A stretch of DNA of 63,568 nucleotides, filler included, from Phoronis australis (lineage: Eukaryota; Animalia; Phoronida), in the NCBI GenBank assembly GCA_002633005.1. It is 9 parts of 9 records of this genome, joined end to end, with 100 filler letters (N's around TTAATTAATTAA, not from the genome) between each part and the next. Parts side by side here need not be neighbours in the genome. Positions count along the whole stretch, not along the records: positions 20,600 to 25,099 come from NMRA01002571.1; positions 25,200 to 45,435 come from NMRA01000267.1; 7 more parts are not named here. One strand, written 5' to 3'. Shown here piece by piece: positions 24,348 to 35,615 of this stretch. Position 1 is the first letter of the stretch, and the number at the start of each line of letters is the position of its first letter. The notes beneath the pieces are model-generated. The model was not told where the DNA came from and made no database searches. It saw only the letters and a list, made by a program, of their open reading frames with translations. Position numbers and translations under genes: made by a program.

Positions 24348-25395
24348 CTGCAAAAGAACACCAGCTTCATGAGAACAGACATTAAACCCATTCTGAACTG
24401 TGTCCCCAAAGCAATACCAGAACAAACAATGGGGACCTGTGCGGTATTCAATCCAACTCGCAACAATACATACTATCACTTGATTTCCGACACTGACCCA
24501 TTCACTAAAAGTGTAAGGGGATTGCTCAGTATTTGCCAAGGAGTTATTGATTCCATCTATAACAATAATTGTCCTGTTAAGTAGCAGAAGTTTCTGATAG
24601 ATTACAAAGTGAAATGAAATTCAGAAAGGTAAGAGCAGTTTAGGAAGTCCTACTCAAAGATTTTAGTTACCTTCCAGGTGGTAATGAATATTGAATGGTT
24701 ATTTGACATACAATTGAACTGTGTTGTTGCAAAGCACGTTCAGTATTGATGTAATTACACCTCTTAAATGATAGTTGCCAGTGTTACGCATCAGCACGTA
24801 TATACATTGGTGGTCGCTCAGCCCAGTCACACACAGCAACTAAGTTTCAAGCCCGGCGCCAAAATTTCACCAATTCTGTAATTATTTTATGAATTCATTG
24901 ATGTAGACTGACTCAATTTTAAGTAAGCCTACGTACGTACCAAAATGACAACAAAACCACTTCAATGTAGGCAACGTGTCAAAAAAAGAACCCCCATGAC
25001 GGGTTTTTGCCATTCGACAAGACTTGGATAGGCCCACATAGAAGTTATTGGTTTGAGTTTCGAGTCATTTCCCAGGCTAATTACCTTACTTAATTGTCAN
25101 NNNNNNNNNNNNNNNNNNNNNNNNNNNNNNNNNNNNNNNNNNNTTAATTAATTAANNNNNNNNNNNNNNNNNNNNNNNNNNNNNNNNNNNNNNNNNNNNT
25201 TGCGCAAACTTGTTGTTAAAGTTAATCAGTTTTCTCATTGATGTAGTATCCTGTTCAAGACGTCTTTACTGGGGAATTTAAGATGCCATAAGGGGGCCCA
25301 ATCATAAAGTTTATTAGTCTACTCTCAACGCAAGAACCAATAATAGTTTTGTAAAAACGAGCAAGTTTCTCGCCTAACAGAACTGTCTCCAACAG

Positions 25396-25492
25396 GTGTT
25401 CCAGAGACGACAAGATGGTTCTCAGGATTTTTACCTATCCTGGTCCGATTACAAGAAAGGTTTTGGATCACTTAATGGAGAATTTTGGCTAG
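25396..25492 (+). CDS. Fibrinogen-related domain (FReD) exon, ficolin/tenascin/angiopoietin-like
   Basis: cag|[32 protein letters not shown](G)|gtaagc, the hallmark FReD motif in a 97-nt exon. Neighbouring exons not found. Confidence 0.92.
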
Positions 25493-25961
25493 GTAAGCAG
25501 TTTTTACGTTGAAGTGTGAAACAAAACGAACTCTTGTGGCCTAGTCGATCCCAGATAGGAAAGAATATATAGTGATCATTTTTATTTATTGAGCGGGTTA
25601 TGAAGTACCAATCATTCACGAGGCGCGTTGGGGAACAAATCAGACACGTGTTTAACAAAATACGCTACATAAAACGATGAGTTTGATTGACTGACAACGA
25701 TTTTGTTGCTGCCAACTGCACCCCTGCGCCCCCTGTCCAACCATTGTGTAACAGACATGCTCACTGCGCCATTACACTGACAAACAAGGCCAACTTTACA
25801 ATTTTCGTTTTTGCTTGCCACTGTTGAAGCACAACTGGCGAGTCATTTTGAAACCTGTGGAATGTTGTTCCATTTTCGCGACGTTCATATCCACGACAGC
25901 ACACCATCACACTTGCGAAGAAACGGATTGACATGACCATGTGACGTCAGTATGGGTAACT

Positions 25962-26559
25962 TATGTTGGGCCGTTGAGGGGAAAGCGTCGCCGTAAAATT
26001 ACGCTCGTAATTACGAGCGTAAATTAAATTGCAGGAGTGTCGCCGTACAATTACGCTCGTAAATTAAATGAGGAAAAGTTTCGCCTTAAAATTACGAGCG
26101 TAAATTAAATTGCAAAAGTGTTGCAGTAAAATTACGCCCGTAAATTAAATGGGGAAATATCGTCGTAAATTACGCTCGTAAAATACCTTAAGAACGTTCC
26201 AAATTTTTTATCCAATCAGTGTTGACCTAACATACACGACTCAGTGTTGCTGGGCAGCTCGTTCTTGCACAATCGCTGACATTGCAGCAGCGATTTGATC
26301 CGCCATGATTCAGCGCTCGTATTGTAGACATGTAACCCGTCAGTAAATAGGTATTTCCATGAGCACGCGCGACAGTGGATTGTAAAACCCAACGTCATTG
26401 GCTAAGAGTTTAAACTAAAATACGAGCGTAATTTTACGCCGCAACGAATTAAATTACGCTCGTAATTTTACGGCGTAATTAACGGCGTAAATAACGGCGT
26501 AATGTACATAATTACGCTCGTGTTTTTCCAGCGACACTTTCCCCCCAACGGCCCATCAT
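25962..26559. mobile_element. Foldback-type MITE (~600 bp) with reiterated TTACGCTCGTAA subrepeats
   Basis: TIR ATGWTGGGCCGTTGRGGGGAAAGYGTCGC, with many TTACGCTCGT/TTACGAGCGT motifs in both arms. TSD ambiguous. Confidence 0.85.
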
Positions 26560-27949
26560 GCTTCGTCACTGTAATGATTGTCAGCGATAGGCAGTGATAA
26601 AATGGGACTGTCGTTTGTCTCTGTACATGTTTATAATGTTGACTAATCCTAGTAAAACTGTAGCGTTAAACAACAGGTCCTGGTTTTGTTTTTAGTAAAT
26701 TATGCTCTAAGGCGAACTTTTCCCAACGATATGCACTGTGATGAAAATATTCTAATAAACCACACGATGACGTATGAGTACTCCCCATGACATACATCGT
26801 CATCTTTCAGTAATCCCCCTCGATGTAATATGAGAACAATCAAGGTAATTCCAGCCCATCAAATCACGGGAACATAAAGACAACGAATGCAGCCATATTT
26901 GTCCCACAATCACTGTGTAACTATGGCGGCGAATGAAAGGGTAATGATGGTTTGCGATGCCCTTTGGACAGTTGCAGTGTAGCTCAACGATACATGTATG
27001 CAGAGAACAACAGATCTAGAGGAAAAGTGCCTGTCGCTGGTTGAATCGTTGACTATTATCCAGTATTTATAAACAAGCAGAATGTGAACGAAATTCCGCT
27101 TCACAACGTTTCGCAATTATTTTTTACTTTATTTTCTTCAGTAATTTCCAATGTGAATTAACAATTCAAGCTAGAGCTACAAATGTAGGAAGCAATGGAA
27201 ATGACAACCAAAACATTGTTTAAAAGCGGAAATGCTCTCAATTGTTTCCTTTCAGGGCCTCGCGAAGAACTGACACGCCATACAACTTAATTTGTAGAAA
27301 ATGGTTTGGGTTCCTGCAGTTATTGTCTGTTGTTTGCTTACCCAGAGCCCACTTTGATAATGCACTGCTCTGTAGGGCAACAGTTTCAGTGAAGTATAAT
27401 AAAAAGGCATCGCAGAGAATACAATGTATGTTGCTATAGTACGCTTAAGGAAGACTTACCTCCGCCATATTAGCCAATACTCAGCTGTGAAACAGCGTTG
27501 GGTTTACCGCTTACCGCCATATTGGCTTTGCGCTCATCGTATTTCGCAACGGTAAATAAGGCAGGCCGTAGCTAGCATTGCGCGAGGGAGGGGGTTCGAA
27601 TTTCTAGTACGGTGTACCTTTGGTTGGGGGAAAGGGAAATCTATATACACAACTACGACTCTCAACTCTCTGTTCCCAAGATCAGACGGAATTCGTAATA
27701 CCAGAAACGAGGATGTTCTGACGGTTGCTCACAAACACGGGACCCAAATTCAGATGTAATGTGGTCCAGAAAGAGAATGTCCCCGTGTTACCCCCTGCCA
27801 AACTTTCATACCGGGCGTACTTTAGTGAGTGATAATCATTACACATCATTACATATTCTGACGCAAATATTTAATCAGGGCATGATCGACTTGAATTTTT
27901 TGATCTAGTTGTATTTTGCGTGTTACTTAAGTTGCTTAAATTGCTGGAA

Positions 27950-28815
27950 ATGGGAAGAGCCCATTATTCCAAAGGTTCACTACTCTGAAGGTTCACTATT
28001 CCGAAGTTTTGCTACTCCGAAAATATTTAAATTTCGGACTTGGGTGCATCAGATATCCCCAAGAATAAACGACACGTCGGTTGTACCAGGACCTACATGT
28101 ATGCTCAAACAACGCCCGGATTTCATGCGCATACGAAATTGCCCGCATGCCTTTCGAATACGGAAAATGAGTACGTTCATGAATTTAGTAAAAAATTATG
28201 AAGTAGGAATATTAATGAATTATCAACCGCGATACATTCATCAAATCCATGTCAACCGTGAAGGTCGCATCATTTCACAGCGTGACTCAGCTAATGTAGG
28301 GCTGCTGCCCCTCAAATTCACCCACCGGAATCACGCGCATGGCCGGGTCGAAACTAAATGTAGTTTGTAGGCTACCCTGTCCCTGCTAGTGTTCAGGAAG
28401 TCGGAGAGTCCCATTCACTCTTCTTGAATTTTAACCACCGGTATTGGTCGCTGAAGTCTTGACCCGGTGTTGTCCCTGATTGAGACTGAATGAGTCGTGT
28501 TAGATTGAAGATCCATGATTGGCAGTGATTGGAACTGAGCTCGTTTGTAAACAATGTAATCAATGTTTTGAGAACTACTCACTTTTGTACATCTTTTAAA
28601 TAGTTACTAAATGGGCACAAATACAATACAATACTTTTCTCATTTCAGTTCCGACTCGTTAGCACACAATCAAAGTAATGAAGTGTCGTAGTTCTGGCTT
28701 CGGAATTGTAGACATTCGAAGTAGTGAACTTCCGAAGGTAGCGAACCTTCGAAGTAACTTTGAAGTAGTGGACTTTCGGAGTGATAAACCTTCGGAATAG
28801 TGACATGTTACATTG
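27950..28815. mobile_element. Nested decayed foldback element with ~16-bp subrepeats
   Basis: Left arm ggttcactaYtcYgaa repeats (27960-28022). The inverted right arm has ttcgRaRtagtgaac-type repeats (28699-28803). Confidence 0.55.
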
Positions 28816-28966
28816 GAAAACTTTTCCATCAATTTTTTTGCTCGTATGTCGCCTACAAGGCTGTTCGCCATCGACACTGATTGATCAAGGAATTTATTAG
28901 GTCTACCTTTTCCCTTATATGAACATGCTCGTCGGGGTTTTCTTAGTTCAAGAAAATATTGTAGTT

Positions 28967-29106
28967 CGTGGACGGAGCAGCACTGAAAAAAGTGAGGGCT
29001 ATAGCCCCCTGTGGTGCATCGCACCGCGGCATAGACCATGGGCGGTGCAGCACTGAAAAAAGTGGGGACTATTACCGCCCAACCCCACTTCGGTGCGCCG
29101 CCCATG
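28967..29106. mobile_element. Nested mini-MITE with internal duplication
   Basis: Two copies of gcagcactgaaaaaagtg, a right end gtgcgccgcccatg inverted to catgggcggtgc, and flanks TAGTT/TTGTT. Confidence 0.55.
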
Positions 29107-30073
29107 TTGTTAAATGTCTGATTTTTGAGCTACAACGGAGGATTGCCTATTGTGAATTTAATTATCATTGGCGTGAACTGAATTTAAAAGAATGGAAACG
29201 TACACACGAGTACACGCATGCATGTCATCTGCCAATCCACAACCAAAGTGGAAATTTGAAAATGTCTGCCCTTTGCCGTACTCCGCCACTATCACTATAG
29301 CAGAAACCTAGTTTCTACTATTGTGTTTCATGGTCGATTTTAAGACGTTCACACGGCGCTACTTTTTGGAACTCTCTGAGTCTCGCGGCTATATAGCCTA
29401 TCTTTGTTTAGACATTTACTTCTGGACTCCCGTGCTACTCTATGTTGTAGCCACAACGCCCGTTCAATGCCGAGGAATAATATAAAGCCTACACTAATCG
29501 TCTGCACTATTCGGCGGAAGTTGACATCCCGACAATTACGTGAACTAAATTCAACATTATTTGTGACTTAGTTATTATTGCAGTTTGTGGTACCAGTAAC
29601 TCCAACATTTTTTTTTGTTTTTGTCCATCTAGATCCCATCTTTAACGGATAGGTCGGGATTGGACCTTTTCCGCGGGGGTAACCCCCGAAGCCCCCCGGT
29701 TATGGGCCTGTAAGGTAGGCGTGACCTAAGTGCATTTGTCGGAACAACCCAATCATGAGAAGTCATGAGTAAAATTGACAGCTGCACAAAATGTATTATA
29801 CTAAGTGACTACCGTTTGTAGAGAGGATATTTTGATACGTGGACTCATTTCTTCTAAGCACTTCCTCTGTATCACATCTCATCAAGTGAGACAGGACAAA
29901 GACTGTGAAGTTTTGTGGGTACGCAATTTACAGTTTCTTCTGTCTTATGCACCTACGGAAGGCAAACTAGTCACCTCTTTAAATGCAATTTAGACTTAAT
30001 TCGTGCGTTTTATTGAAATTAGAGATACATCAGTATGACTGTCGCAGCATATCACTGTTTCTCAGTACTCAAA

Positions 30074-31268
30074 ATGTCGTTTCGACATCGGTTTCGACCT
30101 TCTTTTTTGGTCGCAATGACCCTCTGTGTGATTACAACTGCTTGCGTGATCATGCTACCTTTCTACAACCAGTCTAGATCATATGAAATGGATATTTGCA
30201 GTCGCCAAATGTGCCAACCAAAGACCAATGTCGTGTTTTTGAAGACTCACAAGACCGGAAGTTGTACCATACAGAACATTTTGTTTCGTCATGGCGACAC
30301 CAAAAATCTAGTCTTCGCTCTTAGCAAAAACGGTAATAGATTTCATTGGCCTCGAAAAATAGAACGGTCGTCTGTTCTCCCAGTGTTCTTGAATGAAACG
30401 CACATGGAACAATTTAATATTTTGACCCAACACATGCGCTTTGATGCAGAGCGAGTGAAGTCATTTATGCCGCGTGACAGCGTTTTTGTGACCATTATGC
30501 GAGAGCCATCTCGCTTGTTTTCTTCCGCTTTGTACTATTTTCCTGTGTATTACGATACTTGCTTTAATTTGACGACTGCTAACAAGGCCGAGGATTTCGT
30601 GCGTAATTTAAAAAGTATTCAACATGCCAGACAGCGCATGTGTAAACACCAAAATGGCAGTGTGCCATCTCATGACTTCACTATGTTTGACTTCGGCCTA
30701 GATTTAAAGGAATTGGACAATGACACTCGAGTTATTGAGAAAGTGAAGGAAATAGAGTCATTGTTTTCTTTAGTAATGATCACAGAATATTTTGACGAGT
30801 CTTTAGTTCTACTCAAGGAGCAGTTAAATTGGAAGACTAAGGACATTATTTACTTTAGGCACAACGTAGTTAAACATTCAAGAAACCGTTTGTCTGAAGG
30901 AACAGTCAGTGGAGAAACTTAGAGAATGGAACCGTGCGGACACCATCGCTTACGATTATTTCACTCAGATTTTACAGAATAAAATGGTGAAATTCGGCCT
31001 TGAAAGACTCCGTAAAGAGGTAAAGCATTTAAGAACAATGTGTAAAGAGTGGGAAACGTCTTGCGTTGAGAAGATCGTTATCGGGAAGGAGATGCCGCCG
31101 GGTGATCCCAATAGGCCAATCAACCCCATGGCTGATGGGTACGTTCTGAGACGGGAGGCAAGAGATAACAAAACGTGCGTTCAACTGACGAGAGCCGAAA
31201 ATCCCTACGCGCTTGTGTTGTATAAAAAAATGATGAAACGCCGTAATTATATCGGCACTTTTCTTTAA
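30074..31268 (+). pseudogene. GAL3ST: Galactose-3-O-sulfotransferase family gene (intronless CDS), single frameshift
   Basis: N-terminal TM (FLVAMTLCVITTACVIMLPFY), 5'-PSB VFLKTHKTGSCT, 3'-PB FVTIMREP, LVMITEYFDESLVLLK, then EKLREWNRAD..YDYF in the next frame. Removing one CAGT at 30903-30910 gives a continuous 396-aa ORF. Confidence 0.9.
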
Positions 31269-31749
31269 CAATACCCACCGAGTCGCTTGAAAAACACAAA
31301 TGTATACTGATTATTACTCTGCAAAATGAACCTTCACGGAAAAAAATCTCAACGTCCATCACAAGCTGGTTACAGTGTTCTGGATTTTTCATTTTCAGGA
31401 CCGGTGACTAGATGGTTTTTCCACTGGACTAACATAGCAATCTAGGATGTATGGATCATTTTTTTATGATGTGATCTAGGAGTAAGTAATCAAGAAGTCA
31501 CGGATCTCAACCAAACCGTTAGAAAATGAAGGCGAGCATAAACTGCGGAACACTCTTGAATTCTGGAGTAATCGACAAACAAAAGGCTCTACTAAGTTTT
31601 AATGTTCTTAACGATTCATTGGGATCTAGTGACCTCTCATGTAAAGAACCATGAAGAGTAAACAAAACGGAATCTAGACATAATGCACATGGATATTAAA
31701 ATTATAATGCATCGCCAAAGTAGCTGTTGTTCGTGAATATAAACCAAAT

Positions 31750-33570
31750 GTGTGTGAATATTGAGTTCTACAAGTATGCTAATAAAAAGTTGGTAGATTC
31801 GCTGTTCCATCTATACAACTACTGCTTTAAAAATGGTGTGTTCCCAAAAGAATGGACAAAATGCATTATAGTACCGATATTTAAGGGCGATACCAAAAAC
31901 CCTGAAAATTTCAGAGGAATTTCCCTCATGCAAGTCACAGTCAAAATATTCGAAAAATTATTGTGCCAGCGACTTTAAAAATGGTGGGATGGAGAAAACG
32001 TAATTAGTGTGTCTCAAGCTGCGTTTAGGAAAGGGTGCAGCACGGTGGATCACATGTTTGCTTTATATACGTTATCAATTAAATATCTGACAAGAGACAG
32101 GTACATGTACATTCTATTGTGCTTTTATGAATTTTAAAGCCGCTTTTGACGGTATATATAGAAGCGCATTATATTTTGAATTAAAGAACACTAGCATAGA
32201 ATGTAAGATAAATAAAATAATCAAAGCAATGTACGCTGAAGTCAAAGCGTGCGTGAGAGCTACACGGAGTTCTTTGATTGTCAGAATAGTCTAAAACAAG
32301 GCTCTCACCTATCATCGTTTTTGTTTATTTTATTTATAAACGATCTCGAGCAAGAATTAAATTTCGGTGGCGGTGAAAAAATATCCATGGGATCAGCTGT
32401 ATAATTGCATCTGCTGTTTGCTGATCATTTGGTTTTATTTTCTTATAGTGTGAAAGGATTGCAAAAAAATTGAACACTTTATATGAGTATTGTCAGAAAT
32501 GAAAACTGGTTGTTAACTAGTCAAAGACTAAGATAATTGTTTTCAGAAAGGGTGGAATGTTACGATCGTATGAAAAATGGACGTACGATGGGAATACTGT
32601 TAATGTTTGTAAATGCATATAAATATTTAGGATTAATGTTTACTACGAAAGGTTCTTGTTCTTGCGCACAGAAAACTCTATCAATACAGGCTGCTAAGGC
32701 AGTGAATTTAATGAGGAAAAATGACAATGGTTTTAATGCATTCCCTATTAATGTTAGTTTGAAATTATTCGATTGTAAAATCATGACTGCTGATATTTCA
32801 TAATAGTTGTGAGATCTGGGGTTTTAGTGATTGTGAATGTAATGAACTAGTCCACACAAAATTTTGTAAAGAAATTTCAAATTTGCCGGGCACGGCAATT
32901 TCATCGGCTGTTAGAGGTGAGATGGGTCGTTACTCCTTGATTGCTTACCGACTTCATAGAATTATGAAATATTGGTTTAAACTGTTAAAAACAGACGCGT
33001 CAAAACTTACATGTACATATCACTGCTATGAATGGCAGTACAATATCACGGAAATGCTAATAAACCGTTCTGGGTTAATGATGTTAAAAAAATGCTATTA
33101 CAGTTTGGGTTTGAAGAAGCGTGGTACAATCACGGTGTAAGTTCCGAGACAAGCTTCATATCACTTTTTAAACAAAAATGCAAAGATACTGATCAGCAAA
33201 AATTGCAAGAAATTTTGAACAATTCGATTAAGCTGGAAACCTACAGAACTTTTAAGTTAAATGTAAGTTTTGAAAATTATTTATATATAATTGACAATGC
33301 AAATGTTAGATCTGATATGATAAGATGAAGATGTTCAGCTCCCTAATGATTTAAAAGGGTAGACATTTGTAACTTAGCATACCAGGAAGGTTGTGCCCTC
33401 TCGGTGTTAGGACATATGTCGAGCCAGAATATCATTTTGTTACCGAATGTCCATTTTACGATCACCATAGGAAACGGTATTTGCCTGCATGAACCTACAA
33501 CAATTAGTCCAGTCATTCTACGGAAAACCCTGGAAAAATTGCAACAGAAGGTTTTATTGCATAAATCGTA
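31750..33570 (+). mobile_element. 5'-truncated, decayed non-LTR retrotransposon (RTE-X-like RT and C-terminal region)
   Basis: FPKEWTKCIIVPIFKG..PENFRGISL, QAAFRKGCSTVDH, LKQGSHLSSFLFILFIND (32291), LLFADH (32411), YKYLG, VRGEMGRY, KLETYRTFK..FENYL. Many stops and frameshifts. Confidence 0.9.
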
Positions 33571-33599
33571 TTCTTTCACACCCCTGCCGGAATCGGAGT

Positions 33600-34215
33600 G
33601 GCGGAAGTTGGTTTTTCAAGATGGCGGACATAATGGCCGCCAGATTTTCTGATGCTCACTATAACTCAAGATTGGAATGTGATGGAGTAAAAATTCAAAA
33701 AGGTTTACTCATGTTTTGTGGGTCAACAAATCCATTGGAAATGGTGTTGCATGGCTGTGGTGACACCGTCCGTCATTTTCCAAGATGGCCGACAAATCTA
33801 CCTGAGTCATACAACTTCGCACGAACAGATTAGTGTGTCGTCTTGCTTCAAACGTCGACTAGTCCATTGAGACTCATTGAATTTGACACTAATGATTACT
33901 TCCACCATTTCCAGGGTGGCGGACAAAATGGCCGCCAGATTTGCCGGTGATCATTATAACTCGAGAGTGGTTTACCCATCTTTTGTGGGTCAACAAATCC
34001 ATTGGAAAAGTTTTGCATGGCTGTGGTGACACCATCAGCCATTTTTTAAGATGGCCTCCAAAACTATTTCGAATCGCACAACTTCGCACAAACAGATTAG
34101 TGCGTCTTGCTTCAAACATTGTATTATAGGTTTTCTGGGTCGACTAATCCATTTAGACTAATTGTGTTTGGCTCTTATGATTACTTCCACCATTTTCAAA
34201 GATGGCCACCAAGTG
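33600..34215. repeat. ~295-bp tandem duplication rich in AAGATGGC motifs, probable subterminal arm of the Academ element
   Basis: Two similar units (~33618 and ~33915). The start caagatggcggacataatggccgcca is inverted relative to tggcggccattttgtcagccatcttg at ~39045-39070. Confidence 0.6.
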
Positions 34216-34223
34216 GTTGCTTC

Positions 34224-35298
34224 GGAGGCACAGAACAGTTCTCACAGGGGTTTGCCTGTCAGAACACACGTCAATGCACTCTTCACCCTGTCTTCACTTT
34301 GTCCAAAACTACATGCAAGTAAGGAAAAGTTTTGAGTCATTTCACATCACAAGCCCTACAGATGAGCACAGAAACTTTATTCTCTCTTGTATTTTTGACC
34401 CATTCACTCACAGTGGAAACCAAGCCGAACTAAGAAAAATGAGGGCAAAAAACATGCAAAATCGGCACTTTTCACCCCAAAATCACCACTTTCCTGCAGA
34501 TGCTCGACTAAAGCCAACATTAGATTCCGAAAGCAAATTTCCTACCGATTCCAAAAATGTGGTCCAAAAGTACTGTCAACCAACTAGTTTTTTTGCAAAT
34601 CTGGCTTGTTTGAGGGCTACCTGAAATCGCGGCCAATTTCTCAATTGCTACACAGCAATGCACAACTGCAACAGGGGACCACCATCTTGAAGAAGAGTGC
34701 AGCTACAGCCGAGAAACTGGCCTTTTTTCATTCCCAGCATGTTCACAAATACAACAAAAAANNNNNNNNNNNNNNNNNNNNNNNNNNNNNNNNNNNNNNN
34801 NNNNNNNNNNNNNNNNNNNNNNNNNNNNNNNNNNNNNNNNNNNNNNNNNNNNNNNNNNNNNNNNNNNNNNNNNNNNNNNNNNNNNNNNNNNNNNNNNNNN
34901 NNNNNNNNNNNNNNNNNNNNNNNNNNNNNNNNNNNNNNNNNNNNNNNNNNNNNNNNNNNTCTGCACAGCGCTGTGTTGAACGCTTCTTCGGCATTGTCGG
35001 CAGTGTTCAGAAAGGGCGTCATCAGGAATGGTCGACACGGGTATCCTGAATCCCCTACCAAATAACCTCTATGCTCCCCTGCATTAAACAGAAAACGAAA
35101 GAGTCTGTGAATGGAATATCAAGAAGCACGAACGAAATGGTCGCTAAGTCATGCTTGTAGCGGGGGGCACGGTTCTGGACGTACTACTCGTCTAGTATAC
35201 CTAATTGAAAAATGCCCCCAAGCCTGGCCTAGCCCTAGATTTTAACATTTTGGGAGTGCAAGTTGACCGCGGCCACAAGCTAACTATTCAGAGCCACC
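34224..35298. mobile_element. Non-autonomous TIR element (same family as 57572-57976), interrupted by a gap and a Harbinger fragment
   Basis: 34476-34761 and 35208-35298 align colinearly with 57572-57976. Imperfect TIR GGAGGCACAGAACAGTT / GGTGGCTCTGAATAGTT (13/17) with TTC on both flanks. Confidence 0.6.
34960..35078 (-). mobile_element. PIF/Harbinger (HARBI1-like, DDE_Tnp_4) transposase exon fragment
   Basis: tgcag|[40 protein letters not shown], the signature LLGDSGY..L.TP...E..YN motif. Runs into the N gap at 34762-34959. Confidence 0.9.
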
Positions 35299-35615
35299 TT
35301 CGTGCAAGAGCTTCAGATTCCAGAGACACGCCATATCCTGATTTTTTTACGTCAGCACGTCCGTTACAATAATTATTGTCTGGCTCTTGATGATTACGAC
35401 TACCATTTTCATGAGGGTTTAACGAATAACTTATTTGGGTCAGCAACATCAGGTTTGCCTGGAGTGAAGGATCATTCTCCTCCTGCAAAAATGTGCTGTA
35501 TTGAAAATAACTCTCTGCAATTAATTCAGTGATCTATTATCCACACTGTCTGTGTCACTTCCTGTTAGTTGTTAATGCTAGTGAATCTATATACAATCAA
35601 CCAGTATTTACACAA

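Larger units (their letters stand above)
27562..29710. mobile_element. 2.1-kb non-autonomous hAT-like element with nested insertions
   Basis: Ends CAGGCCGTAGC / CAGGCCCATAAC (rc), with a perfect TSD TAAGG at 27557-27561 and 29711-29715. Confidence 0.7.
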
